From positions 992,001-1,056,000 of the forward strand of contig CBFDEM010000018.1 of assembly GCA_965603825.1 (NCBI GenBank): a stretch of DNA of 64,000 bases. The letters are read 5' to 3'. The DNA is from Blepharisma stoltei ATCC 30299 (Eukaryota > Protista > Ciliophora). Both the position numbers and the translations under genes were made by a program. Each line of letters starts with the position of its first letter. Position 1 is the stretch's first letter. Of the stretch, positions 11,673 to 22,529 are shown piece by piece. Under the pieces are notes generated by a model that was given only the letters and a program-made list of their open reading frames with translations, did not search any database and had not been told where the DNA came from.

Positions 11673-13124
11673 ATGGGAACTGCATCCTCATTAGTACAAA
11701 ACACACAAACCCCTATTCAATTCAAAAAAGGCCGAATTCTACTCATAGCTCCTGATAATCGGCTGTCAAAAATCGGAATTTATTTTGTCCACATCGTAAA
11801 TACAGCGAAAATGATAGAGCTTGTAGACGAGTGAGAAGACTTATTAAATCGTTATAAGCATTCAGCAAACGCAATTGAGTCTTTATTAGACGACTTCCAG
11901 AAGGGTCCTAAATTAAGAAAACTCATTCAGAAAGGAACGCCGTCAAAGTTCAGGTGGGAAACATGGAAAGCTCTTTTAAAAGCAGGGAAAAAAGTAGATT
12001 CAGAAAAATATATTAATCTTCCGATTGCTGGAGATCCTCACATTTCAGTGATTAGAAAAGATGTAGACAGAGCTTTCCCTCAACATCCTTACTTTGACCG
12101 ATCAAAACATGGTTACTACGGCCAAACAGCTTTATATCGAATCCTCGGGAAATTTGCTGAAGATAAAAAAGACATCGGATATTGCCAGGGGATGAATTAT
12201 GTAGCAGGATTTTTATTAATGGTTTCAGGCGGGCTTGAAGCAGAAGTTTATTACTTCTTAGAAGCCTTATGCAAAAATTTTCATTATTGGGGATTTGTTT
12301 GTGAAGAAATGCCACTAATAAAACAATATTTATGGGTCTTTGATAAGCTTTTTAAGGTGAAAAACAGCAAACTTTATGAGCATTTCAAACAGCAAGATGT
12401 TTTAAATGATATGTGAGTGTTTAAATGGTTTTTAACCTTTTATACTGCTGTTTTGCCTAAAGAAACTGTTGTACTTTTATGGGACTGACTCCTTGTAGAT
12501 GGGTTGAGAGTATTATTTAAGGTAGCGTTTGCAATTTTAGAGATGCTTGAAGAAAAGTTACTAAGTATTGATGGCTCAGAAATTTTGATTATGCTGAGCA
12601 ATATTGGAGATTATATTCCTACATGTAAAGAGTTTATTAAAATAGCGAAAAAAACTTCTGTGAATAAAAGTAAATATTATGATTTGATAGAGGCATACAA
12701 GCAAAAGAAAAAAATAAAAAAGCACCCAGAAACCATTACTATTATTGAGGAACCTGGACATCTTGAAAATGAGGTGCCTAATATTTCTAGAGCTGATATA
12801 AAGGAAGCGAATAGACCAGCGGCACTTGAAATCAAAGATAATACACCAAAGGAACCAGATCTTTTATTATCACCACAAAGAATTCAGCAAGAAATCACAG
12901 AAGATTTGACAGGATTCCCATTCAAATCAATAAAAACAGCTAAGAATAACTATACTTACACGCCTAAATATGAGCCAAAGCGTGATTCGTTTCACGAATC
13001 TTGAACAGATGTAAATACACGAATAAATGAAGATAGCCATCTGTATACATCTGATGAAGATTTCGATGCTGAGGCTCTTTTAGATCAATTTCTCAATCAC
13101 AGCAACTGGGGGAGTTTTGAGTAA
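11673..13124 (+). CDS. TBC/Rab-GAP domain protein, N-myristoylation motif MGTASS
   Basis: Continuous frame with TGA=Trp; IRKDVDRAFP (R finger), GYCQGMN (Q finger), W-VFKWFLT, LLWD-W-LL. Confidence 0.9.
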
Positions 13125-13332
13125 AAATATAGATAATGCTCATTTTATTTTACAACTTTATAAGAATAGCTATTATTTATTCGTCAATTAAATTATAAAT
13201 AAAAAATTTACAATTTTCATTCATATCAAGAAATTCCAGGATCTATTTTATAGTTCTGATAAAAATTCATACTCAAATAAAATCACTACAGATTTTTCAG
13301 CTCATAATGGAACCTCTTTCTATTGCATAAAT

Positions 13333-14610
13333 ATGAAAATTGATTTTTGCTTAAGCAGCATCTATGTGTCCTCAGCACTGGTAACAATGACTTATACAAT
13401 TATTTCCCCTTTCTACCCTCTAATCGCTGAAGATAAAGGAATGCAAAAATGAATGATTGGAGTTATTTTTATGGCAATGCCAGCATGTGCTTGCTTAGTC
13501 TCTACAAAAATTGGTGACAATATTTCTCTTATTGGTCGCAAAAGTGTTCTAGCATTAGGAATGATTTCTGGAGTATCTTTTATATAGGCTATATCTCTTG
13601 CCATACTAGCTGCAGTTCCTAATTGCTCCCTTACTACATTTACCATTTTAAGTTTGATATCTCGTGCATTTGGAGGTCTTTCTACAGCAGCTATATATAT
13701 TGCAAGCTTTTCTGTGATAGTAAACGATTATGAGTCAGCTCGAGATCAATATATATCAGTCCTGAACATTTTTTGTGGAATTGGATACATTATGGGTTCA
13801 TGGTTTGGATCGATGCTATATGAATGACTAGGACCTATAGGCTGCTTTTTATTTTCTGCTATTTTGCTTTTAATTCCAGTGTGGTTTATTTTGCGCTTTG
13901 TGGAAAACTCTCATAATATTACACAAGAGAGACATGAAGGAACCTGTTGAAATTTGCTTAAAAAAAGAAACGTGGCTTTGGACGTAATGGTTGGGCTTTT
14001 TACTAATGTGGTGTATAATTTCTTTTTTCCAAGTCTTGGACCTTTTCTAGACGAGGAAGGATATAATGAGATAGAAATCGGCTATGTGTTTATGCTATCT
14101 ACTTTTATTTATACTTTGGCTAGTGCTTTTATAGCATTTTCAATTAAAAGGTTAAATAAACTGTATTTAATGATTTCAAGTGTAGTATTCGCTGTTATCG
14201 GACTGGTAATGATAGGGCCATGGGAAAATCTATTAAAAAACCCATCTGCTTTACCTATATTTGGGATGAGTTTAATTGCACTTGGAGGGTGCCTTGGGTT
14301 TATTATTCCTTTGCCATTTATTCTAGACTCTGCTGAGGAGCTTGGGATCGTTCAGGATCAAGAGATGTACGATGCTTTGTCAACACTATTCAATTTAATC
14401 ATCAGCTTCGGAGAAATTATTGGCCCTCTCCTTGCAGGAATGCTAATATCAATCATGGGCTTTGCAAATAGTTGCTCGGTTCTGAGTATCTTTGGAGCTG
14501 CGTTTTTTATATACTACACAGGCAAAAGAAAAGAAAAATCGCCTTTATTATCAAGCAAAGTTTCCCTCACTCAAGACCATCACGAACTATCGTATTTCCA
14601 TGATCCATAG
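13333..14610 (+). CDS. MFS transporter (SLC18B1-like), 425 aa
   Basis: ATG 13333 is in frame with ORF 13954 through TGA codons; ISPFYP, IGRK loop, about 12 hydrophobic segments, GEIIGPLLAG. Confidence 0.85.
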
Positions 14611-14685
14611 TTTTTTTCCTCATATTATTAAATAATGTGAATTTACTTTGCTAAATCTCCAAAATAGATTTTATAAAATTAATAA

Positions 14686-15156
14686 ATGGACGGCATGGGT
14701 ATGGGGAAGAATGTGACAAAGAATGTTATGATGGAAATGGTTTTCTCAAGCGAGCATAATTTTGTGATATATTTTGATAGGTAATAAACATTCAGCTGGA
14801 CAGTTGATAATGAATCAAAATATGCAGGCGCAATTATCCTTATATTTTTGGCTTCTATGGGCTTGGAATTATTGCAGTTTCTTCTTAAGATAGTTTTAGT
14901 GTTCCAAAAAAGAGCTTCACAAACGACGCAGAATGTGATTTTGTTTAATTTAGGGTATATTTGTTTATATTTCCTTTGGGTTTCTTTGGCATATCTGCTT
15001 ATGCTTGCAGTTATGACGTACAGCACTGGGGTGTTTTGTGCAATCATCACTGGGATCACTTTTGGTCACTTTTTGCTAAAAATAATAGAGCCAACGACTC
15101 CTTTGGCCAATGAAAGTTTATCACAAGAACTGGTGGTGAAAAATCCATGCTGTTAA
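14686..15156 (+). CDS. CTR: Ctr (SLC31) copper transporter, copy 1; 15-nt intron 14781-14795
   Basis: Met-rich N-terminus, FD-S-W after splicing, YLLMLAVMTY (MxxxM), GxxxG, C-terminal CC. Confidence 0.88.
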
Positions 15157-15303
15157 GGCTAAGATGGCTAAATAAAAATCGCTAAGTCGTTTAAACTAAT
15201 TATTTTTAGGCAATATTTTGCCGCTGAGCAAGCATAGCAATCTTACAAATCTTTTAAAGGGAAATAATAAATTTTAATATGTGGCTATTAAAGTAATTAT
15301 CAA

Positions 15304-15774
15304 ATGGTAGATATGGACATGAACGTGACTATGACAATCAATGTCAATATGCCTTATACCTTCTATAGTAATCACGATTTTAAACTTTACTTTGACAGGT
15401 AAAAGATATTCAGTTGGCATGTTGATAATGACACGAAGTATCAAGGAGCAATTGCTGCTTTATTTTTTGCATCAATAGCTTTGGAGCTCTTCTGCTTTCT
15501 TTGTAAACTCTTTATGGCATTTCGAAAAAGAGTCCCTAAAACAATGATATATCTGGCTGCGTTTTATTTAGGATATGGATGCTTATATTTTCTTTGGGTT
15601 GGACTTGCATATCTTTTGATGCTCGCCGTAATGACTTATAGCACTGGAGTATTTTGTGCAGTCACCACCGGAATAACTTTTGGCCATGTTGTGTTCAGAA
15701 TGATTGAGATGAACACTCCTTTAATAAGTAAAAGTGTGGATCAAACGCTATCGATAAAAAATCCATGCTGTTAA
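15304..15774 (+). CDS. CTR: Ctr (SLC31) copper transporter, copy 2; 15-nt intron 15399-15413
   Basis: Same length (151 aa), intron position and motifs as copy 1. Confidence 0.88.
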
Positions 15775-16196
15775 AAAGGTAGAAAATAAATAATTCTATT
15801 AGATTTCAAGTAATTAAATCAAAATTTCATGCTTAAAGCAATTCATTTGAGCAGACATCTTTGAATGAGAAGCAAATGGTTCAGTAAATTTTTAAACTGG
15901 ACAAGTAGGAAAAAATATTTCCAGTTTTTAAAGTTTGGCAATCTTGAATACATTTTGAGCAAATCAAGCAGTTTATTTGACAAAATTTATTATTCCTTGA
16001 GGGAAATCATAAATAAAAAATTTTCTTTTAATTTCGAAAAAAAAACCCTTTAATTAAAATATAACTAGAGTGCTAGCTTATTTAGTTATAAGCCTTAAAA
16101 CTCAATAAAATTATTTCATCAAGATAAATAATTTACAAATCTGTAAAATTATAATAAAAATTTTAATTCTGATTTAAGTATAAGTTAACTTAAAGC

Positions 16197-16523
16197 TTAT
16201 TCTCTTGCTTGTCTAGTCTTCTCAAACTCTTGACTAATCTTTTCAAAGTTATCAGACTTTTTGAGTTCCAAGATAACTTTGCAGACGTTTTTGTCTCCTC
16301 CTTCCTTATCTGTGGTCTCGATTCTTTGTGTTTCGAATTTCTTAATCGATCCATATCCAAGAGAAACCAATCTGTCAGCAGCTTTTATCGCGCTAGTTAT
16401 AGAATTGCCCATAGCATGGAAAGCGACGGTACCAAAAGCCTTGAGTTTTTCTTTGCCTTCATTAATGTAAACTCCTGGTCTGACTTTGGAGCTGACCTTT
16501 ATGGTATTGTCTGAGCCTTCCAT
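16197..16523 (-). CDS. Single-domain Alba DNA/RNA-binding protein
   Basis: VAFHAMGNSITSAIKAADRL..., KVILELKKS. Confidence 0.8.
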   Translation of the reverse strand: MEGSDNTIKVSSKVRPGVYINEGKEKLKAFGTVAFHAMGNSITSAIKAADRLVSLGYGSIKKFETQRIETTDKEGGDKNVCKVILELKKSDNFEKISQEFEKTRQARE

Positions 16524-16580
16524 ATGCTATTTATTACAAACCATTTATGGGTTAATTGTGTAAAGTTTTTATGCATTAAG

Positions 16581-16712
16581 TTGGCGTGGCGATTTAGCCT
16601 TTTTCTTAACTTCTGTAGACAGAAGGTTTGGCGGGTGCCGGAGAACTGATTAAGAAGCTAGAAAGTGTGCTATGCTAAGTAGCCCTAGCTTACACCCAAC
16701 CGGATTTTTTTT
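16581..16712 (+). ncRNA. Candidate structured RNA module 1 (unidentified), ending in T8
   Basis: 10-bp stem 16581-16590/16669-16678 with 3 G-U pairs, nested stems, T8 at 16705-16712; no ORF. Confidence 0.45.
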
Positions 16713-16742
16713 CTCGTAGGAAAATCGAACTTAAAACTGGAA

Positions 16743-17046
16743 AGGGGAAGTCAATAGTACCTAGAAAAACCACTCTTTATTCTTGCAACTCACAGGCATA
16801 ATACCAGGCTTGCGTCCTGGGATTTGAGTTTCTATATTGGTTGGCAAACGACTAAAATATCGATTTTAGGTTTTGTGAAAGGAGACTCTCCTGAAGTGCA
16901 GCATCGTGGCACAAGTCCTCTGACTTCCAGTTAGCAGATGCAGATCTTTTCAGGAACGAGCAACACAGTAGGACTGTGCGGGACTTGCAAGAAAAAGTGG
17001 AGCCACATGAAGGAGCAGTGGCTTTAGACCCACAGGGACTTCTCTT
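16743..17046 (+). ncRNA. Candidate structured RNA module 2 (about 300 nt, unidentified)
   Basis: Closing stem 16743-16752/17037-17046, long-range stem 16770-16788/16985-17000, several internal hairpins; GC-rich and non-coding. Confidence 0.5.
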
Positions 17047-17582
17047 ATATGTAATTAATTTTAGCTCTTAAATGTTTAAGAAGAAAAGCTAAAACTAAAG
17101 AAATATGCCCAGATTAAAACTATCATATAACTATGCTATTAAAATATAATAAATAAGTTTGCAGTAACTCTTTTAGATAAGCTAAGCTAGAATAGAGCGA
17201 AAAAACTAAAATTGCACCAAAGAGCTAAAATAAAGTTAGAAAGAAGAAAGAGCTATAAAGAATTTACTTCAAAATCAAATGTATTAGAACGCATCATAAA
17301 TAATAATTAATTTTTTTCCCAGCCTGGTTTGTCACATTTTTTTAGAAATCTCCAGATCTCAAATCGAAAATTCCTTAATTTTTTTCATCATTTGAGCTTT
17401 ATAAAGTAATAACCTATCAATTTCGTTCACTTTTGCAAATTTTAGCAATCTATTGACCATTCGAGAAATTCTTTATTTCATCTGATTCCTCCATTTAATA
17501 AGAATTCTATACTTTGCCGATTGGCGAATTTATAATCTCATACATAATAATCTCCAGCAGCTTCCCTCCAATAGTATATTAA

Positions 17583-18992
17583 ATGGATACAGAAGGAAGT
17601 ATCTCCACCATTAAGGCTCTATATATTAGAGATTCTGAAGTCCGGCAAGTAGAAGTAATTATTATTTAGTTTAAATCTTTTCTTTCTATGTGTCAAGGTT
17701 TGCTTCAGAGTTCAAGTGACACAAATCAGAATTTATTTCGCACAAAATACGAAAAGACAATAATCCGCTTGGCTGTAGAATGCCCACTGCTTGACATTAG
17801 GTCTGCAAGTGAAGAGTTTCTTCAAGCCAACCGAATAGTAAAAATAAATCAGAGTTACGATCCAAGAATTGTTGAAGCGATAAGTGCTTTCATTCCCGCC
17901 TATGACGTCAAACCTCTCAATGGCCAGGGGACTTGTAGGTCTGACGAAGAAAAGTCTCTTTATCTCTCCACTATCCAAGAACTTTTCTTCACCTTTGGCC
18001 GTGTTGGGCATATTGATAGGATAATGGGAGCGTTTCCTGAGTATATGCAAAATCATTTTGACTTAATTAAAGAACTTTTATTTGAAAGCGGGCCTTTGCA
18101 GGTTGACTGAAGGATTTATATCGCTTATATGGCATCTGCAGCACACAAGTGTGACTACTTAATGAGCGCTTGTGAGGAGCAAGGGAAATTATATGGAAGC
18201 AAAGCGAGTTGATTTACTTCTCAAGGATTCTCAGAAATTCCAGGAAAAATAAGGGATCTGGGAACAGTTAATATAAAGCTTGCCCACAGGCCGTGAGATT
18301 TAGATGAAAATGATATACAGTCTTTATTAGGGAACTGACAGATTTCAGAGCTGTGCCATGCACTTGTGATTTTATGCGTTTTTCACTCGTTGAGCAGCCT
18401 GGCACTAGGATTAGGAATATGCCCAGAATATGATTTAATAAGACATAATAGAAGAGCGTCAGTAAGTGATGAATTGGGAGAAGATGAAGACGATTATGAT
18501 AGAACAGCAGGTGGATACTTAACATATATCCATTATGACATCATAGCCCATAGAAGACCAGTTAGGCCGAGTGATTTCAATTGAAATGACCAAGGCTTCA
18601 ACATTATTGAAAAGTGTTTGCCTGGGATTGCAGAAAAATTAATGAACCGAATAAGATATACATTTGTAATGACTTTCGACTCAATGGGAGGGGAAGAAGG
18701 GCAAAACACTGCAAATCTGAGGAGAGCAATATGGATGTATACACAAAGAGTCTATGGACTGGAATATGATGACTATGACTATGGAAATGTCAATGGGCAC
18801 ATAAAAAGGCAAACCAAAACATATATAAAGGAAGTAGCTTGTGTTCCGCATCGGGTCACAAGACGCCATATAGACCTTTTGGATATGAAATTGGTCAGTG
18901 AAGACATAATCCATATAAACTTCCTTGTATGTGAAGCAAGACTTGAGACTGAGCTTATATACACAACTAATGCAGTTCAAGCATTCATTTAA
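17583..18992 (+). CDS. SESN: Sestrin (PA26 family), 464 aa; 15-nt intron 17655-17669
   Basis: GPLQVD-W-RIYIA, HKCDYL, LAHRP-W, W-QISELCHA, DFN-W-NDQG, LRRAIW, YDDYDYG, EARLE; five TGA at Trp positions. Confidence 0.92.
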
Positions 18993-19195
18993 TTAATAAT
19001 CAACTAAAAGTAAATTTAATGTAAATCATGCCTATATTAATTTCAGCATTTTTATTAAGGAATATCCTTTATACTCTTATAAAGCTCAGCTGTTTCATAT
19101 TCCATGAACTGATAATCTTAATCACTTTTAATTAAAATTAAGTCAAGCTATTACTGTGTAATAACTCGAGCAAACAGTTTTATTAACTTATTTAT

Positions 19196-19672
19196 CTATC
19201 CAAATAGCTTGTAATAAACAATTCCAGCTTGAGTCCCTGCATCATAATATAGACCATTAGACAGCGAAGTAAAAAGAGTCTTGATTGCAGTATTATAAAA
19301 CGAGAAATTCGTGAAGACAATGATAAAAATGGCATCAAGCCCTTCACCTGTTGTTAGCATTGCTTGGAGGGTTAGAACTGTATTTTCAAAGTTGCAAGTC
19401 CTGCAGAAAGACACCAATTCGTTGACTGTAGATTTAAAAATATGAAGAAGAGTTGAAAAATCTTGATATCCGGCAATGGCATTTTCGAAAGTGGTGATTT
19501 GTGTTACGAGATAAGGATAAGCAGTAATGCAAGGGATTTCCAATGTAGAAGTTGAATTCACACCATGTGCAAAGCCAGAAATAAAGCTGCCAATGTTGCT
19601 TTCAGTTAAGACTGTAGCAGAAGAGGAGTAGAATAAGGATAGGAGAAGTAAAAATGAAAGAGGTCTTGACAT
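19196..19672 (-). CDS. Small secreted helical protein
   Basis: Signal peptide; FISGFAHG, Cys residues, YYDAG..AG terminus. Confidence 0.75.
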   Translation of the reverse strand: MSRPLSFLLLLSLFYSSSATVLTESNIGSFISGFAHGVNSTSTLEIPCITAYPYLVTQITTFENAIAGYQDFSTLLHIFKSTVNELVSFCRTCNFENTVLTLQAMLTTGEGLDAIFIIVFTNFSFYNTAIKTLFTSLSNGLYYDAGTQAGIVYYKLFG

Positions 19673-20089
19673 TTATTTTTATAAATTCAAGTATAAGAAT
19701 TCTAATCAAACTGAAAATTTATTTCTCTTTTATGCTGAGCTTAAAAACAAATATTTAATATAAGAATTAAAAATATTAACTGGAATTTTTTTTGATTTCA
19801 TAGGTATTATACAGTGAGTATAATATAAAAATGCAGCTAATTAGCTTCATATTGTGATATAAATCTTTTTTTCTCATCTAAGCTCTATAATTTTCTGCAG
19901 TTATTTCTGAGATATTTGAATTTAAATCTGGTGAAAAAAATAAAACCAGTTTTAAGTTTTGGGCAGCAAAAATAAACTAAGACTAAATTCTCAAAATTTT
20001 CAGTTATTTTTGAGTTGCTATATATTATAGTAGCTTTTATTTCGTTCATACCTCTAATTAATGAAAGTTTCAATCATTATATATTTAAA

Positions 20090-20773
20090 ATGAACAGATC
20101 GATTTTCGTAGGAGATTCAGGTTTGATGTCACCACGCCACCTAAAATCTCCTAAAGCATCCCCAAAAAGCCAACCAAAGCACCGGCATTCCTTATCTGCT
20201 GGAAGTAACATCCCCAAATTAATCAGTCTGAAAAATCTCAATCAAGAGAGATCAATTTTAAAAAACAATTCACAAAGCCGAGACACCAGCCCTGAAATAA
20301 TTCAGTCAAAACTTGCTTCTGTAACTGAGCAATGGACACAAATGAAATCAGGAATATCGGCACAGCCACAAGCAGAAAAACTTAGACTAAATAGAAATAT
20401 AAGTCGGACCCACTCAGCTGAAAGATTTCAAAATGATCACTCACAAGAGCTCTTAAAAATGGCCCTGAAAGCATCATCTATACTTCAAAGAGAAAACTGC
20501 TGCAAAAGTTTAGAAAATTCAAGTATTAAGGAAACGCAAGACACTGATTGCTCTATGCATCAGGAAGAAAAATATTTAGCATTTTTGCCTGTTCCTTGCG
20601 CTATAGAAGCACCACGGACAACAACAAATAAAGCAAAGCCATCTCTTGTGATGGATAATAAAAATAGGAAGCCTCCAAGACTGTTAAAAAAATCTCCGGA
20701 AAACCCAGCTAAATCTTTTGAAAACTGCTATAAAATGTTTTCCGAAACATACAAAAAAGTCAATGTTTCATAA
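20090..20773 (+). CDS. Hypothetical Ser/Lys-rich protein
   Basis: First ATG after the AT-rich spacer; open frame to TAA. Confidence 0.65.
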   Translation: MNRSIFVGDSGLMSPRHLKSPKASPKSQPKHRHSLSAGSNIPKLISLKNLNQERSILKNNSQSRDTSPEIIQSKLASVTEQWTQMKSGISAQPQAEKLRLNRNISRTHSAERFQNDHSQELLKMALKASSILQRENCCKSLENSSIKETQDTDCSMHQEEKYLAFLPVPCAIEAPRTTTNKAKPSLVMDNKNRKPPRLLKKSPENPAKSFENCYKMFSETYKKVNVS

Positions 20774-21013
20774 TTTTTTGCCAATTTTGTAATTTAATTT
20801 CTTCGATTAATTTTAATTCAAATTTTTAATTTAAAATTTATAAATTTTCTTATATAATTTCAAATTTATATAATTTAATTTGATAACTCACTGAATTCAA
20901 GTTGCTAAAGTCAGTTTATTGATAATCTTTTGCATATTATAGTTGAAGAGATTGACGAGTTTGCCATTTTAACTTAACTAAATCAAAACTTCAGTCATAA
21001 ATTATAAATTGAA

Positions 21014-21283
21014 ATGGAAGAAAGGGAAGAAAGTGTTTCATTTAGAGAAAGAAAAAGTATTTCACATTTAGAGCTTGAGCTGATTTTAAAGCAAAAAATG
21101 AAAGAACTTCAAACACTTCAAGCAGAGCTTCAAAGATCTGAACAATGCTCATCGCCTGAAGTCGTCATAAAAAAGTAATTTCCAAGAAGTATAATAGAAA
21201 ATATCTCATTTAAGATGGATTCCGATCCTTTAATATCCAAAAAGCACAAGTCAGGTGGCAAATGCGAATGCAGAGTATTTTAA
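21014..21283 (+). CDS. 84-aa coiled-coil, DPL and CaaX protein; candidate G-protein gamma subunit; 15-nt intron 21175-21189
   Basis: Splicing gtaatttccaagaag removes an in-frame TAA and gives ...ELQTLQAELQRSEQCSSPEVVIKNIIENISFKMDSDPLISKKHKSGGKCECRVF*. Confidence 0.6.
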
Positions 21284-21340
21284 GCTGTGCAATTAATTTT
21301 ATTTAATTTCCAAAATTTCTTAAGATTTTATATAAATAAA

Positions 21341-22426
21341 TTAATAAATTTGGCAAGAATGTGTATGAGGAAAAGTCCCCCAATTAAGCCCCGCAAGAGA
21401 GATATACTCTGATTCTTTCCAACATGGAGAATTATATAGGGTATCCAAAAATTCTGCAGACTCATACAATATTAGGATTGGAGTCATTTTCCCCCTAACC
21501 ATTTTATTGCACAAGGTTTCCCAGTTTTCTACATCTCTTACAACTGTATCATCAAGTTTTATTCACTTTGAACTATCTAAGTTTCATACAAACGCAAAAT
21601 AATGGCCAAGTGAAAAGCATATAAATCCTCTCAAAATATATCTGGTCTGAATTTCTCTGTTTTGCCCGGTAATCGTAAACACATGCGAAAGATCAAGAAC
21701 AGGGGATAAATGGAGCAAAAAGTCTTCAATCCCTTGGCTTGTTAACTCATTTCAAATGAGAGAAATCGCAAGCACTTTAGGAGCTTCAATCAACAATTTA
21801 TTAGAATTCATGAGATGCCCACATTTATTACAATTAGTTTCTTTGGCCTTAACACATTTCAATAATGCTTCTTCTCATTCATTTCTAATAAGGCATTCTC
21901 TAAGTTCTTCAACGTAGACTCTTAAAATCATATCTTGCGTCGGATTTTCAATTTCTGTATCATCATTGCATGAGCAGCTCCATGCATCACAAGCTTGGTA
22001 TCCAAATACTTTATGCGCTAGGCATAAAGGAGTGCAAGGGCTATCGTTAGCTAATTCTTGAGCAGTCGCACTTTGGCTTTCACCTTCTTGGAAGTCGATC
22101 CCTTCTCTATGCAAATATTTTAAGATTTCTTCAAATGCTTCTGTTGCGCATCCCATCTGGTTTATTAGTAATCTATGAAAAGTAACTGAATCAAGACATT
22201 TTCTAATAATTTTTGATGTTAACTCACTGATGTCAGGGACTGAGTTTAGATAGAGCAAATCACGAAGTTCGCATTTTAAACAAATTGTGCCTGCTGGGTG
22301 TTCATGTTCTGGCTCTGCCTGATAAGCATTTACAAAGGAGGGCAAATGAATTAAAGCTTGAAGGACAACATTTATATAGCAGCTATAGCTTCCAATGGGA
22401 TTTTCGATGCCTGTAAACTTTTCCAT
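21341..22426 (-). CDS. USP-family ubiquitin C-terminal hydrolase (USP53/54-like minimal domain), 361 aa
   Basis: Cys box GIEN..GSYSCYINVVLQAL; His box GHYFAFV-W, K-W-IKLDD via TGA; ends CQIY*. Confidence 0.85.
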
Positions 22427-22529
22427 TGTTTTAGTATATATCGGATTATTATTTTGGTATCTATAAATAATTGTGTATTAAAATGCTACTTTAAGTTAGG
22501 TGAATCAAGAGCTATAAAGAAATTATTAC

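Noticed and set aside
13307-13330. Short uORF before the MFS gene (also ATG GGG AAA TAA at 31150-31161)
   Set aside because: Expected by chance in AT-rich DNA and probably upstream of the short 5' UTRs
16581-17046. Telomerase RNA, TPP/B12 riboswitch, hammerhead, group I/II intron or SRP identity for the structured island
   Set aside because: No CCCUAACA-type template; only partial motif look-alikes (CUGAUUA..GAAA, UAAUACCAG, ACGACUA) without the required partner elements
17055-17097. AT-rich hairpin after the structured island
   Set aside because: Could be chance in AT-rich sequence; not assignable independently
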